A stretch of DNA of 64,000 nt, from positions 28,768,001-28,832,000 of the forward strand of contig OX597826.1 in assembly GCA_951406725.2 (NCBI GenBank), in the 5' to 3' direction. The notes under the pieces are model-generated. The model ran no database searches, was not told the DNA's origin, and saw only the letters and a list, made by a program, of their open reading frames with translations. The translations under genes were made by a program, and so were the position numbers. The DNA comes from Octopus vulgaris. Lineage: Eukaryota. This document shows, piece after piece, positions 43,207 to 58,178 of the stretch; the first letter of the stretch is position 1, and the number at the start of each line of letters is the position of its first letter.

Positions 43207-43972
43207 GAGTTGCGGCCAAAATGTTCAGAACGGCATTGTTTTCGCCAGAAAAGTAGGTATAAGTTTTTATCAAAATTGTTTTATATTCTATAATTTTCAC
43301 AGACAATAAATACGATATTAGTTGTTATTGCCTGATATTTTGGTGTCATTTGAGAGGATAATACAAAAGTTATGGATGATTTTGTGATTTACTGCAAAAC
43401 CCATAGCGGCCAAAATGATCAGAACGGTTGCTTTTACTCCGTGTTTTAGTATATTTAACCGGCGAACTCTAATGTTTTGAATTTGTTTACGTGATGGTTC
43501 GTTTACTAAACATTAGTAAGAATATCTGCAGTGTACTTTGTTAATATAATGCCACTTACTCCATTACCAATTCGTCAGCAGATTATTAAGCTTCGAAAGA
43601 TGGATAATTTAAGTATTGGGTCTATTGCAAAGATTGTTAACAAGTCAAAAAGTGTTGTTCACGGTATTCTTAAGGTCTTCGATGATTGTGGTTCGTGTGA
43701 AGCAAGAAAGTCTACAGATAGGCCAAGAAAAACGACCAAGAGAGAAGATCGTGGTTATTATTATGGATTGGCCTGCTCAAAGCCCAGATCTCAATCCTAT
43801 TGAAAATGTGTGGAATATTCTAGGATATAATCCTCTCAAATTACACCAAAATCTCAGACAATAACAATTAATATCGTATTTATTGTCTGTGAAAATTATA
43901 GAACTTTGATAAAAACTTATACCTACTTTTCTGGCGAAAACAATGCCGTTCTTAACATTTTGGCCGCAACTT
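43207..43972 (+). mobile_element. Internally deleted Tc1-like transposon with long (about 150 bp) TIRs
   Basis: TIR agttgcggccaaaatgtt.agaacggcattgttttcgccagaaaagtagg... is mirrored at the right end, followed by TA. The inner repeat gcggccaaaatgatcagaacgg lies at about 43406. The HTH (…KSTDRPRKTTKREDR) is joined to WPAQSPDLNPIENVW. Confidence 0.9.
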
Positions 43973-43984
43973 TATATATGTATA

Positions 43985-44051
<67 letters not shown>

Positions 44052-44143
44052 CACACACACACACACACACTTCGCCATACTGGGTCACTGAACTAACATC
44101 TATACGTGTTTTTCATTCTCTCTTTGTTTATTTTCTCTTATTC

Positions 44144-44178
44144 CTTTCTGCTGAAGAGCGTAGGCTCGAAACATAAAG
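44144..44178 (+). ncRNA. Hammerhead-like motif, CUGCUGA core, degenerate stem III
   Basis: cttt-CTGCTGA-a-gagc(gtag)gctc-GAAA-ca-TA-aag. Same family as 41538 and 61019. Confidence 0.5.
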
Positions 44179-44359
44179 CACTTTATCATTTTTCTCATGC
44201 ATCAAACTAATACACCTGTCTTCGTCATTTGGTTTTATTAATCTCAACTATATATAGATATAATTATTATTTGAGCGAATAAAATCCAAACTTATTATAT
44301 GTAATTTTCTAGATGGCGTAATTTATTTATTCATTTTGAATTGATAAAAGGTGGGGTTT

Positions 44360-44445
<86 letters not shown>

Positions 44446-45617
44446 TTGTGTGTACGAGTATATATGTATACATGTATGTATGCATGTGTGTATGTATGAA
44501 TGTATATATGTATGCATGTATGTATACATAGATGCACACATATACATTTAGAAATTCAAAAGAGAAAATTAGTACTCAATTCGCGTGGTAGAGTTTATAT
44601 ATTTGTGGAAGTAGCCGTTTTGAGTTTGGAGCATGAATTATAAGTATAGAACTTTGACAGTCATTGGAGAAAAATCGAGATGGTGGCTAAAGTTGTTGCT
44701 AGTTTCTGGCAAGAATCAGAACCATATTTCAGCTTAGGAGAAATAACTGTGATATATAACTTATTGTTTGTCGTACAGCTTCTTCTCTCATAAAATTCCA
44801 AGATATGCAGGAACGCAACAAATGTTGGAGTGTATAGAGTTAACATGTTCCTACTTGAAAGTTTTTGTTAACACATACTTTGCCATGATCGTAATGGGTA
44901 AAAAGCAAACTCCTTTTGTCCAGTGACTCTAGTTCCAGAGTTAGGATACAAAAGTTTTCTGAAAAATATGACGTACATTTTTTTTTTTGATTAGTTGTGC
45001 AACAATGCACATGTCGTGTACTCAAGGGTTCACTCCCCAATATCCTTCAGGTTCCAAATGTAATGTGACAGAGAGGTAATATTCTTTCTATTTTTGAAAA
45101 TTAATTAGTATACATGCTGATTAATTCTGCTTTTGAATTTATAAACAGTATGTCAAGGAGAGTTTTCTAGACACCTTTCTTTGGTGTTACATTAGCTCTA
45201 CTATATCACAGCCATAAGCCATGATCCATTTAATTGACAGAGCTTCATTTATATGTTAGGGATGGGAACTGGGTATCAGTTTACTGGGTTAAATTTTTTT
45301 AGATGTGAAGCCATCTTTCGAAAGCCAACTGTTTGATTTGGATCCATGCAACTTAAAGCTTCGAAGGTCATCACACGAATGCAACTCGTCAGAACTTTAT
45401 GAACCGAATGACGCGACTCCAGAATGGCTTCTGGGTATTGAGCAGCTGTTCGTCAACGCAGGTCACATGGTGTTATCATGTTGGTAGCGACATCATTTTC
45501 TATATATATATGTATACACATAGATATAATATGCATATATATACATATATATTTTTGTGTATATAAATATATACATATATATATACATGTGTGTATGTAT
45601 ATATATCTATATATACA

Positions 45618-45796
<179 letters not shown>

Positions 45797-45886
45797 ATCA
45801 CTACCTAGTCATACATTTATTTGAATATGTATTATGGATACAAATAAAGCAGGATATGGCAGACCAGTTCTTATTTTAGTCCTCTT

Positions 45887-45939
<53 letters not shown>

Positions 45940-46416
45940 CATCACCATCATCATTATCATCATTATTATTGTTATTGTTATTGTCATTATCCTTTGCTGT
46001 TATTATTGTTGCAAGCATTCGTAAAAAAGAAAAAAAAATATTGCGCCATGATATCCGGAAATTACAAACAAAACACACAAGAAAAACCAAACTGAAGGAA
46101 GGAAGATTAAATCATTAGATTTAAAAGAGTCCTGAGACTTTGTAACCAAAACCTGTTGACGTTTCCGTTTTCGGTAATGACGGATCTCGACCCATACACA
46201 GTAAAGAAGACCCTCCGCCCAAGGCGTCAAGGGTTTTGCTTGGCTAAAGGTTGTGTGTCACTCCCTAATGAGACGCATGATAAATGAAACCAAACCCTAA
46301 GGACCTGCACAAACTGAAGTGCACTAACAACTACTTACTTACACGCACAAACACACACACACACACGTAATTGTATATATACACATATATGCATATATGT
46401 ATATATATATATATAA

Positions 46417-46509
<93 letters not shown>

Positions 46510-46712
46510 TACATATATATACATATATAAATATGCGTATATATATATATGTATAAATATGTATGCATACATATACATATATATACCTACACGCATATAC
46601 ATATGTATGTATGTATAAATATATATAATATATTGTGAAATAATAGCAGGAAAATCAAAATCGAAAAACTTTTCACAAAGATATATGTCAAATAATATTG
46701 TATTGATATATA

Positions 46713-46823
<111 letters not shown>

Positions 46824-46909
46824 GTATGTATATATATATATATATATATGTATATATGAGGTACATATGAATATATAAAGTGTGACAGTTTAAAGTTAAG
46901 TATTTAACG

Positions 46910-47001
46910 CATCTTACGATCGTTTCGAAAAACTATTGTCTTTATAATGGAATCCAAGATTGATAAACATTGATAGGCAATACTTCCGCTCATCAGAGAT
47001 G
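46910..47001 (-). ncRNA. Hammerhead ribozyme (element about 46875-47285)
   Basis: Minus strand catct-CTGATGA-gcggaagtattg...caatagtttttc-GAAA-cgatcg-TA-agatg. Stem III palindrome ACGATCGT. Confidence 0.8.
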
Positions 47002-47290
47002 GAGAGGGTGAAATTTTTATAATTAATCGAATGCTATTTTTGAAATATGAAAGAATATACGAAAAGGGTGCTTTCTTTTTTAATATAAATTAAAATTTAC
47101 TGGCTTTGATTTGCGGAGGTACTTTGATTTGCGGATTTTCCTGCTATTATTTCACATTAGATTATATGTAATCGCTTGTATTAAATGTCTAAATACTTTA
47201 ATAACATTAATACTTTGACACTTATTTACAAAGAACACTCATTTTAAATTCAGTATATCATATTCTCATAGAATATATTTAATTAAGGAT

Positions 47291-47373
<83 letters not shown>

Positions 47374-47405
47374 CATACATATATATATATATATATATAC
47401 ATTCA

Positions 47406-47467
<62 letters not shown>

Positions 47468-48331
47468 CACATATATATATATATACATTCATACATACAT
47501 ATATACATATATATATGTATACATTCTTACATACATATATACATGTATGTAGGTAGTAAGGTAGATCTATATTAGATATGATATATATATGTGTGCAGGT
47601 AATAAAGCATTCTGTTATTTTACTTTTGCCTAAAATCTTGCAAGCATTTAGAAGATTTGGCGATTTTCCGAAGGTCTTTTGAAACGAGGCTCCTTTCCAC
47701 CGTACTAAAATTACATCCTGTTTTCGATTTTCATATGACCTCGATTTCTCAATGATCCTCCTTTCATTTATATGATCGAAATTGTCTTTCAATAATCCAT
47801 TGCAATTAAATTAATTCGTCATATTTCCATTTTTAATGTATTTGAATGAAGTACGGGTAAAATACAGTTGTATGAAATTTCTTTTACTCACAACTGTGCA
47901 GCGTGTGCGTGTCCCACTTTAAAGTTTTGTGTTTCGTTAGAGGATATGTCATATACAGTGGCCTCGGCTATTACATGACTGATTCAGTTGTTATGAGTTA
48001 GCTTTTCTGCAACACTCTGAGACTCGGCTGGCTTACTGTGCGCTGTAAGGTTTCCCCCACCAAAATGAGGATTGAAACACCATTTCACATTGTTCTTAAT
48101 GAATTTCTTCTCCGTGTGTGGCTAATGAGGAAACGTTTATCGATGAAGACGAACTTATATGTATACATACATGCATGCATACATACATTTTGTTTTTCTG
48201 TAAATTTCAACTATATATATATATGAATGTAAGTATATGGGTGTGGGTAGTTCAGTATGTGTAAATATATTTATCTGCCTAACGCTATTTCCTTTTCTAT
48301 GTATGCTCACACATACAGAAACGCGCGCGCG

Positions 48332-48377
<46 letters not shown>

Positions 48378-49242
48378 TTTACATATACACGCGCATATGA
48401 ATATTTTGTTCCTCACCGGAGTTGTGTAGGATAGGACATGTAGGATAGAAGCTGAGAGCGGCAACAACGATGGTAATGATGATGATGATGGTTTTGCAGG
48501 TGATGGTGGTGGTAGTGGTACTGCTGTTGGTGTTGGTGTTGTTAGTGGTGGTGATGGTGATGGTGTTGGTGTTAGTATAGATGGTGGTGGTGTGGGGCAT
48601 CGGCGGCGGTGGCAGCTATGATGATTGTGATAATGACGATACAGACGATGATGATGATAATGACGATGATGACGATGATGATGATGATGACGACTATATT
48701 GGTGGTAATGGTAACGATGGTGCCACAGCTGATGAAATCGATGATGGCGTCCACAACAACAGCAACAACAACAAGAACGACGACAATGTGGAGGAAACCT
48801 TTGCAGTGTGCTACGGCATCCAAGTCCGTTTTTTCTTTTTTTCTCTATTAACCAATCCACGTACGATGTTCTTGTTCTTGTTGTCGTCGTCGTCCTCGTT
48901 GTTGCTGTTGTTGCTATTGTTGTTCCGCTGCTGCTCAGTTATTGCAAAACATTGAATTCAGGTAATATCAAACCGAAAGACTGATATTTCTAGCCAACCA
49001 AATTCCCTATAGATGTCTGAGATGAATTCAGATATTTCTTTAAAAGATATTGACAGATATTGGCAGCTCATTCGTTCTTTATTCTCAGACCGAATCTTTC
49101 CATGTTGTACTTCTTTAATTTCCATCTTATTTGTTGTTGTTGTAGTTACTTTCTGGCCATTGCTAATTGCTAGAATTTGTAGCTCTTGGAGGGAGATGGA
49201 AGAACAAAGGTGATTTAAGTAAAATAAAATAGTGTGCATGTG

Positions 49243-49287
<45 letters not shown>

Positions 49288-49591
49288 GTTTAAGTACTTG
49301 AATGAATTATCCTAGTATGGATAATTCGGTTAACCGATACCCGGGGGTTGCAAATTTACGTCAGAAAGCACGGTTGAAGCTACATGCCAAGGGCAGAAAT
49401 CACGTGCTTTCGTGTCGAAATTTGTGTGTTTTTTTACTATAGATAAATGAAAGAATTGAGTCGAACGACGATTTAACAAAATTCCGTTATAACGGAATAT
49501 TTTAAAGAAACACTCATTATCACTATGGACTCCGTGTGGGCAGTCATCTAAAAGTTTTTGTTCGTCATGATGCTGACATAAGTTCCTTGTC

Positions 49592-49672
49592 TTTCCTGAT
49601 GAGAAGACGGCATAATGCACCCTTTATTCCTTCGGAATTAAGAATATACAGTCTTCGAAACATATGTCGAGA
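49592..49672 (+). ncRNA. Hammerhead ribozyme with canonical GUC cleavage triplet (element about 49285-49722)
   Basis: tttc-CTGATGA-gaagac...gtcttc-GAAA-catatg-TC-gaga. Stem III palindrome ACATATGT. Confidence 0.85.
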
Positions 49673-49720
49673 ATAAAGGAATTTTGTTAAATCGTCGTTC
49701 GACTGAATTCTTTCATTTAT

Positions 49721-49759
<39 letters not shown>

Positions 49760-49949
49760 TATACACACACACACACACACACACACACGCACCCACACAC
49801 ATTCCCTTTTTTTTTAAACTCTCTTGCTTTCAAAAATCATGATTCGTCTACCTCTCAACTTCTGTTCTTTCAACATGTGATCTCTTGAGCACCACCAGCA
49901 AAAATATTTTTTCCTCTGTCTTCCCTTCTTGGGATCTTTCCTTCTCCTT

Positions 49950-49984
49950 GTTTCCGACGAAGAGCTCCGCTCGAAACGTTAAAC
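49950..49984 (+). ncRNA. Minimal hammerhead ribozyme (element about 49800-50090, same family as 12272)
   Basis: gttt-CCGACGA-a-gagc(tcc)gctc-GAAA-cg-TT-aaac. Confidence 0.72.
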
Positions 49985-50110
49985 CCTCCTTCCCTTCTTT
50001 CCTGAGCGTCAATAATACTTTAATTGTTCCACGTCCTCGCGTTGCTGCCTTTTTTTCTCTTTTTTTCTGTGTTTTCTTGTTTGGATTAACTATATATATA
50101 TATATTTATT

Positions 50111-50174
<64 letters not shown>

Positions 50175-50288
50175 GGTCAAATGATGTTGATACCTCTGCT
50201 GAGTTCCGCAAATCGATTCAGATTGTTCGTGACTGTCTTTAACGGCGGTGCATCAGCATGGCCGCAGCTATGAACTGAAACTACAGCA

Positions 50289-50339
<51 letters not shown>

Positions 50340-51156
50340 TACACATGCCCATGCACACATACGCACACACATACATATATGCATATGTATGTATATCGTT
50401 TGCATTTTAGTTGTAGGTAGGATGGAGAAAAAAGTACTCAATCCGGTGAGAGATAAATATTATTTGATATACACAATTTGCAAAAGAGCTACTGAAAGTT
50501 TCATGCTTTCAAGATACAATAAATTGGCAGAATAATACAACATGCCATGTATCTGGAGCCAATCTGATAGGCTCAGTGCATATCGTCAGATGTATATAAA
50601 AACCAGAGCGTTTGTCTATGCGGAAACATGAGAAAAAAAAAGCGAAGTGAAAAATATGGAGAAGGTGAACGCGAAAATGTGGAACGAGAAGAAAACAAAG
50701 GTAGCTAAGATTTTTGTCTTTTTTGTCAGTAGAAATTACAATTAATTTAACTGGAGACTAAGTCTGTGAGATAGCTAGTCAGTTCACAGTTTTGTAGACT
50801 GGCTTTTAAAATTTTGAAGTGTTCTGTTTTCTGGAGAAGTAAAGATGCTTCTGATGTAGAATTTATCAATATTAACTGTTGGTTAAGCAAGTGAAGACAT
50901 GATATTATTGGCTAAGCAAGTAAAAATGCAGAAATACTTTATTATCAATACCACCGCCGCTGCTGAACAATTTTCGGCTGCTGCTGATGTTTTGCTGCTG
51001 TTTTTTAATTTTAAACACTATGCGTCTATATCAGGTGCTATCACATGACGAACACTGCTGTTTAGCGGGCTTTCAGCGATGTTCATACGTCAAGAATGAT
51101 ACCCAGATCTGTGTGTGTGTGTGTGTGTGCGCGCGCACGCGTGTACGTGTATGTGT

Positions 51157-51209
<53 letters not shown>

Positions 51210-51347
51210 TATGCATATATATATACATATATGTACGTACCTACCTCTACATGTATATATACACGCATATATGAGTACAGGACAAATAACACAAGGAAAA
51301 AAACCCTTCTTCAGTCGCCATGGTTTAATCTACTCTACGTTTCGAAG

Positions 51348-51405
<58 letters not shown>

Positions 51406-52770
51406 TATACATACATACGTATATGGGTGTGTATGCGTATGTGTGTATGTCCGTATGTGTGTATGTGTGTGTTTGTGTGTTTGTGTGTTTGTCTGTCTCT
51501 GTGTGTGTATATTCCAGAAGTCTTGGAGCTTTTTCAGGGAAGACATTTATTAATCTCAAAATGAGTACAAAACTCTAATCTCTTTCATAGCAGGATATTC
51601 TGACCTCAATGCACACATTGCAGCACTTTACCCACTACCTGAAGGCCCCATTGAAATAAAGGTGTCCAGGACCCTTGTCACAACTTCGTTCTCTTCTCCT
51701 TCGGCTTGGCGAAGAACCGAAATTTAATTGAGCAAGGTCTGGACTGTAGGGAGAGTTTTAATGCGCATCCCTTTCAAGTGGTTGGTTACCAGGATGGAAT
51801 TGTGGACTGACACATTGTCCTGGTACAGGTGCAGATTAAGTAATTGGTACTTAATTTATCGACCGCGAAAGGATGAAAGATGAAGTCGACCTCGGCGGAC
51901 AATAATGATATATTAAAATTACAATGATTTCGAACAGTCATAACTGTCTCCTTCAAAAGCTCCTTCTGGCTAGAAGTAATCCAGCCGATGTAGATGGTGT
52001 CTGGACTTGCTTTGTCTGGACTCTTGTGCCAGCGAAAAGCAGATGCTCGTACAAGTTAACTCATAAGCAATCTGAAGAATTTCACAAGATGCTATAGCGT
52101 TTTGTTGCCCAGTTTAACACAAAATCTTTATGGCAATAGCAAGCCTCCAAACTGCCTTCACTTTTCGTCTGTTTTCTGCAAATTAGTCAGCTTTAAACAA
52201 GCAGGGTATAATAGGTTGTACAGTTCTATGTTTAAGAGATGGGGAATTATGTACATTATTCACATTATTTACATTAATTACATTTGACAGATATTTGTAT
52301 CCATCTTGTTTGTTGTTAACACAACAACCGAAACGTTGTGTTAACAACAAAAAAGACGAGGACAATATCCGTCAAATGTAAATAATGTAAACAATGTAAA
52401 TAATGTATATAATAGATTGTGTTGAAAGTGCTGTTATATCTCCTTCGATCTGGATCTATAAAGAAATTTGGCAGGCCAACTTATGATATATACAGTAAGG
52501 ATACATTTTTTTCGACACAAGGCACAAGGCCCCAAAATTTTGGGGGAGAGGCCCAGTCGATTAGATTGGCCCCAGTACATAACTGGTACTTAATTTATCG
52601 ACCGCGAAAGGATGAAAGTCGAAGTCGACCTCGGCGGACAGTAATGATGTATTAAAATTACAATGATGTTGAAGTTATAACTGTCTCTTCAATAGAAGTT
52701 TGAAAACTTCTGGAATGCATCTCTCTCTCTCTCCCTCATACAAACACACACACTCTCTCTCTCTCTCTTC

Positions 52771-52813
<43 letters not shown>

Positions 52814-52870
52814 CAGACACACTTACATACACGCATACATGCATATACATATATGTGTGTATATAGATAA

Positions 52871-52925
<55 letters not shown>

Positions 52926-54172
52926 TATATATACATATATACATACATACATATATATATAGTGACCGTCAACCTATGCATGCATACATGCATAATACAC
53001 ACACATACATGCACGCACTCATATCCATATATATATATACATACATACATGCATACATGCATATATATATATATATACTTACGTACTTAACAGGCGTAGT
53101 CTTGGAACCCTTACCTTAAAATTCATTGACCTATTATCAAAATAGTGACAAATATATTACAATAGGTTGGAAACGTCTGTAACCATGACAACGACACTAC
53201 GTCATCACATTGACGTCACTTCGAATTCCTCACACCTTTTCCCTCTCTATTGAATTATTGTACAAAGCAATATTATGTAATTTCCCGACAACATTATTTC
53301 TCGTTATTGTTTTCGACGTCGGCATCGTCGCCACTGTTGCTGTTTTGTTGCTGCTGCTGTTGTTGTTTTTGTTGTAGATAAGGTTTTGTCGCGGGTCAGT
53401 TTTCATCGGACAGGGCTCTGATCAATAGTTTTCCGGCCGTGATTATCCCGTCGAAATTTTAGCTATAATACCTTTCGGGTTACATTTGAAATGTGTTCCA
53501 TCCGCCTTCATCTCGGTAGATCGTGATTAGAGAGAAGTCTAGCTGTTATTTCTAACATAAATAAGAACCACATAAAAGTCCTATCACCGCATAAAAGACT
53601 GCCTGTCTGGTTGAGTGGTTGTGTGGTTTTTTGACACTGTTCGACTCTTTTAGAAAACATTAGTATAAAAATTTATATTTATTCATGAGTTGCGGATTTG
53701 TTTGGATAGGAATGTATCTGCTGCATATCATATTTCACATCCCACTCTTATCCCTCATAATCACATGATATACAATATTCCACTTTGTATGAATTATTAA
53801 AGCTCTAAATACAACTTCATTTATTTATTTATTTATTTATTTGTTTATGTATTTATTTATTGTTAGATGCTAAATATATGTCTAGATATAGATGCAAACG
53901 GGATTGTGTGATCGTGAAGTTTACATTGCAGCCAAATACTTTGGGATTTAGCCCCATTGTGCAGACCGAAACTGTGTGGAAGCCTAGTGTATACATATGT
54001 GAGTGTGTGTGTGTGTGTGTGTATGTGTGTGTGTGTGTGCGTGTGTACAAAGTGGTACAAAGTATGAAAAAGTATGAAAAAAGTAAATACACACAATACT
54101 CACAATACTCACATTTTTTATGTGAGTACAGGGTACCTACTTTTGCACCTCACCGTATATATTGGTCTCTTA

Positions 54173-54231
<59 letters not shown>

Positions 54232-54346
54232 ATATGTATATATATATATATATATATATGTGTATATATATATATGTATATATATATACATACATATATA
54301 TATACATACATATATATATATATATACATACATATATATATATATA

Positions 54347-55454
54347 AATCCTTAAATCCTTAAAAATGCTTTAGCCCGAAGGCCGCAGCCATGCTGGGGC
54401 ACCACCGATGAATGAGCTACACTAATTTGTGAATCCATCTCTGATACGTGGCACTTGATCAACAAGGGAGTTCGATGCTGCTGCCCGCATCCGCGTCTCC
54501 TGTCGTGAGGTAGGTTCATCTGGGACTCCCAACAAGAAGAGATCCAGTTTAGTTTTAAAGAAACCCACATCCTCACCATGTAAGTCTCTCAGGCATTTAG
54601 GGAGGATGTTAAAGAGCTGTGGTCCTCTGAAACCCAAGCTGTTGCAGTATCTGGACCTGTATTTTGATGGTGATGTTGGAATCCTTGGCACCACGCAGTG
54701 GCGCCCCGTTCTGCGGTTGGGGTAACTTTCAATGCCAAAGTTTGGGACAAGACCCTCCAGGATTTTCCAGATGTATAACACCGCATATCTCTCCCGCCTC
54801 CGCTCTAGGGAGAAGAGGTTTAATACCTTCAGTCTTTCCCAGTAGCTGATATTTTGCATTGAGACGATTTTCTTTGTGTAGCTTCTCTGAATTGCATCGA
54901 GTTCTGCTGTTAGTTTTATATTGTGTGGTGGCCACAGTTGGGAGCAGTAGTCCAAGTGGCTGAGGACGAATGTTTTCCATAGGACCATCAGTGTCTCCTT
55001 CTCTCTTGTTCTGAAAGTTCGGAGAATCCATCCAGCAAGCCGTCTGCATTTTATCACCAGATTAGCAATATGCACTTGGAAAGATGCATCACTGCTCATG
55101 TCAATGCCCAGGTCACGCACTGATTTTGACTCAGGGATTGCAATTCTTCCTGGGCCAGTGTATCCAGTCTTCACGTCGTTTACCTTTGTGTGCCAGTAAC
55201 GCAGGGCCTGGAACTTACCTGCATTAAACTGCATGTTGTTGTCCTCAGCCCACCTGTATATTGTGTCCAGGTCATGTTGCAGATGCGCAATATTTTCAGG
55301 GTTTTGTATTGCGTGGGAGACTTTTGTGTCATCTGCATAGCTAGCAAGGGTGGTCATCGTAGCAACTGAAGGCATGTCTGAAAGGGCCACTATGAACATC
55401 AGTGGCCCCAAGACAGTGCCCTGTGGGACACCGCTTGTTATTTGCGTTTCCTTG
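54347..55454 (-). mobile_element. 5'-truncated CR1/L2-group LINE (RT C-terminal half, ORF to stop at 54422)
   Basis: [50 protein letters not shown]. The frame is open for about 340 codons. The 3' tail ends in (AAGGATTT) repeats. Flanked by (TA)n. Confidence 0.92.
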
Positions 55455-55485
55455 TATATATATATATGTATATATATATATATAC

Positions 55486-55589
<104 letters not shown>

Positions 55590-55811
55590 GTGGGCGTCTC
55601 TGTTTTTCTTTTGATTTGTCAACCAGTGTTGATTTGTCTACATCTCCATGACGCAGTGGTTCGGTAAAAGAAACTGATAAAATAAATATAGGATTTGAAA
55701 ACGAAAAATTACTGGATTCGATTTTCTCAACTTGAACCCTTCAAGGTGGTGCCCCAGCACGGCTGCTGTCCAGTGACTGAGACAAGTAGAAGGTAAAAAA
55801 AAGCATATGTG

Positions 55812-55970
55812 CATGCGTGTCTGTGTGGTAAGTAGCTTGCTTACCGACGACATGGTTCCGGGTTCAGTCTCACTGCGTGGCACCTTGGGCAAGTGTCTTC
55901 TACTATAGCCTCGGGCCGACCAAGGCCTTGTGAGACGGAAACTGAAAGAAGCCCGTCGTATATATATATG

Positions 55971-56065
<95 letters not shown>

Positions 56066-56125
56066 ATTTGTGTGTCTATGTTTGCCCCCCTTCCCCCAAT
56101 ATTGCTTGACAACCGATGCTGGTGT
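55812..56125 (+). mobile_element. SINE family B
   Basis: ctgtgtggtaag (A-box-like) ... gggttcagtctc (B-box-like) ... ccttgggcaagtgtctt ... (TA)(TG)n. Confidence 0.8.
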
Positions 56126-56129
56126 TTTT

Positions 56130-56572
56130 GCGTCGCGTTACTCAAAAAACGGGAAGAGAGAGTGAGAGAAAGTTATGGCGAAAGAGTATAACAGGGGTCT
56201 CCACTACCCCCTGCCGGAGCCTCGTGGAGCTGTTTAGGTGTTTTCGCTCAATAAACACATACAACGCACGGTCTGGGAATCGAAACCGCGATCCTCTGAC
56301 CGCGAGTCCGCTGCCCTAAAATAAATGCGCCCTTTTAAAGCCTCCCCAGGCTCATGGCCCCGGTTTTCCGGTTTCAATGGCGTATGTGTTCCCCAGCTGG
56401 ACGGGATGCCAGTCCATCGTAGCGTTACTCATTTTTGCCAGCTGAGTGGACTGGAGCAACGTGAAATGAAGTGTTTTGCTCAAGAACACAACGCGTCGCC
56501 CGGTTCAGGAATCGAAACCACAATCTTACGATCATGATGCTGACACCCTAACTACTAAGCCACGCGCCTCCA
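56130..56572 (-). mobile_element. Two adjacent SINE C-related copies
   Basis: 56130-56320 matches the body of 38707. 56320-56572 has a tRNA head and shares the 3' tail. Confidence 0.72.
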
Positions 56573-56839
56573 CCAAGAAATATTTAGCGAATATTTATGA
56601 AGCTTTTGCTTTAAAAGTAATTATGGCATTCATCAGTCAAAGTTGTCCATGAACTTTTTCATGTATGTGCGGAGTAAGGTTTTTTTTTAAAGGAAGATTA
56701 ACAGCTGTCGTTTTATGTAAGTATCTCCACTCCACGCCTCTGATGATCAAAAGGAAAGGCTGTCAACTTCGGCCGACACAGCTTGGCAGCAGCGTCGTCG
56801 CGATCATTGCTGTCAGGATCCGACGAGCTGAACGAGATG

Positions 56840-57032
56840 GTCTTTTCTACTCTGGACACAAGGCTCGAAATTTTGGGGGAGGGGGCCAGTCGATTAGATC
56901 GACCAAGTACGTAACTGGTACTTAATTTATCGACCCCGAAAGGATGAAAACCAGAGTTGACCTGGGCGGAATTTGAATTCAGAACGTAAAGACAGACGAA
57001 ATACGGCTAAGCATTTTCACTCGGCGTGCTAA
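56840..57032 (-). mobile_element. SINE family A with 14 bp TSD
   Basis: TSD GAGCTGAAC(G/C)AGAT at 56825-56838 and 57033-57046. Confidence 0.82.
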
Positions 57033-57389
57033 GAGCTGAACCAGATATTGAAAAGCATCACGCTTGAAACTCTAACGGTTCTGCCAACCCAGTGCCTTGA
57101 ACTGATACTTGTTTTTATCGACTCCGAAAAGCTGAAAGATAAAGTCGACCTCGGCAAGATTTGATCTTAGATCGCAAAGCATTAGAACAAAAAACATGAA
57201 ACATGCTAACACTTAAAGAACTCTGCCAGTTCGTTGCGCGTTTATCTGTTAGATATTACATGAGGTTTTACTAAGTATGAGGCTTATGGATGATAAAATA
57301 TTTGTTTTATGTATGAATAATTCCCGCAATCCTCCCGCAATCATAAAAACATTTCGTTGGCTTAAATGTCCCCAACCTTTCATTTTGTA

Positions 57390-57652
57390 TCATGAAAATT
57401 GTTCAAAAACAATTATTCGAAACCAATTATTCGAAAAACAGTTATTCGAAATAAATATCATTTTTGTACTTGGGTTTTAATTTTATATTTTTGTTTAAAT
57501 AAAATTAAAGAATTTAGAATAATTAGCATTTCCTATAATTGTCCTTTCGAATAATTTTCATTCATACAATTTTCCATTCGAATAAATGTTTTTCGAGTAA
57601 CTGTTTTCGAATCATTGTTTTCGAACAATTATTTTGGAACAATGTTCACGTA
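57390..57652. mobile_element. Foldback element with about 15 bp subterminal tandem units
   Basis: Units like ttcgaaaaacaatta on the left are mirrored by taactgttttcgaa-like units on the right. Confidence 0.55.
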
Positions 57653-57989
57653 ATCTTTCATTTGGCAGAGCTGTATTCAGTTGAGTCTCTCTTCTGTTAT
57701 AATGTTTTATTAATAAGAATTGGCAACAAACAAAAATTTGGAGAAACTGCTTCACAGATAGTAAATGTAGACAAAAAAATGCTATCTGTGGACTCCACTT
57801 CTTATTGTTTGTGTGGTGCATTCAATATAGTTGGTTATTTCCTTTTGGGGATAAGAAAACATTTCCCTCTAAAACATAAATATCATATGCTCTTCAATTG
57901 GAAACGTGTTAAGATTAACTACAGTTAGATTAACTACCTAGATTTGTCGTGTTAAGATTAACTACCTAGATTTGTCGCTCCATAAATAT

Positions 57990-58178
57990 CCATATTTTGG
58001 GAAGGGAGCCAGTTGATTAGATCGACCCCAGTACGCAACTGATACTTAATTTATCGACCACGAAAGGATGAAAAGCAATGTAGACCTCGACGGAATTAGA
58101 ACTCAGAATGTAAAGACAGACGACATACCGCTAAGCATTTCCCCCGGTGTGCTAACGTTTCTGCCAGCTGGCCGCCCT
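57990..58178 (-). mobile_element. SINE family A
   Basis: Homologous to 18026-18234. Confidence 0.8.

Noticed and set aside
44600-45300. Highly decayed gypsy pol relic on the minus strand (YPVPIPNI, FLHILEFYERR)
   Set aside because: Only two weak motif resemblances among many stops. It needs a translated HMM search.
50485-50600. Hammerhead on the minus strand (CTGACGA...gcat-GAAA-ctttcag-TA; related half-site at about 13205-13225)
   Set aside because: Stem I does not pair. At best a decayed copy, so it was not counted.
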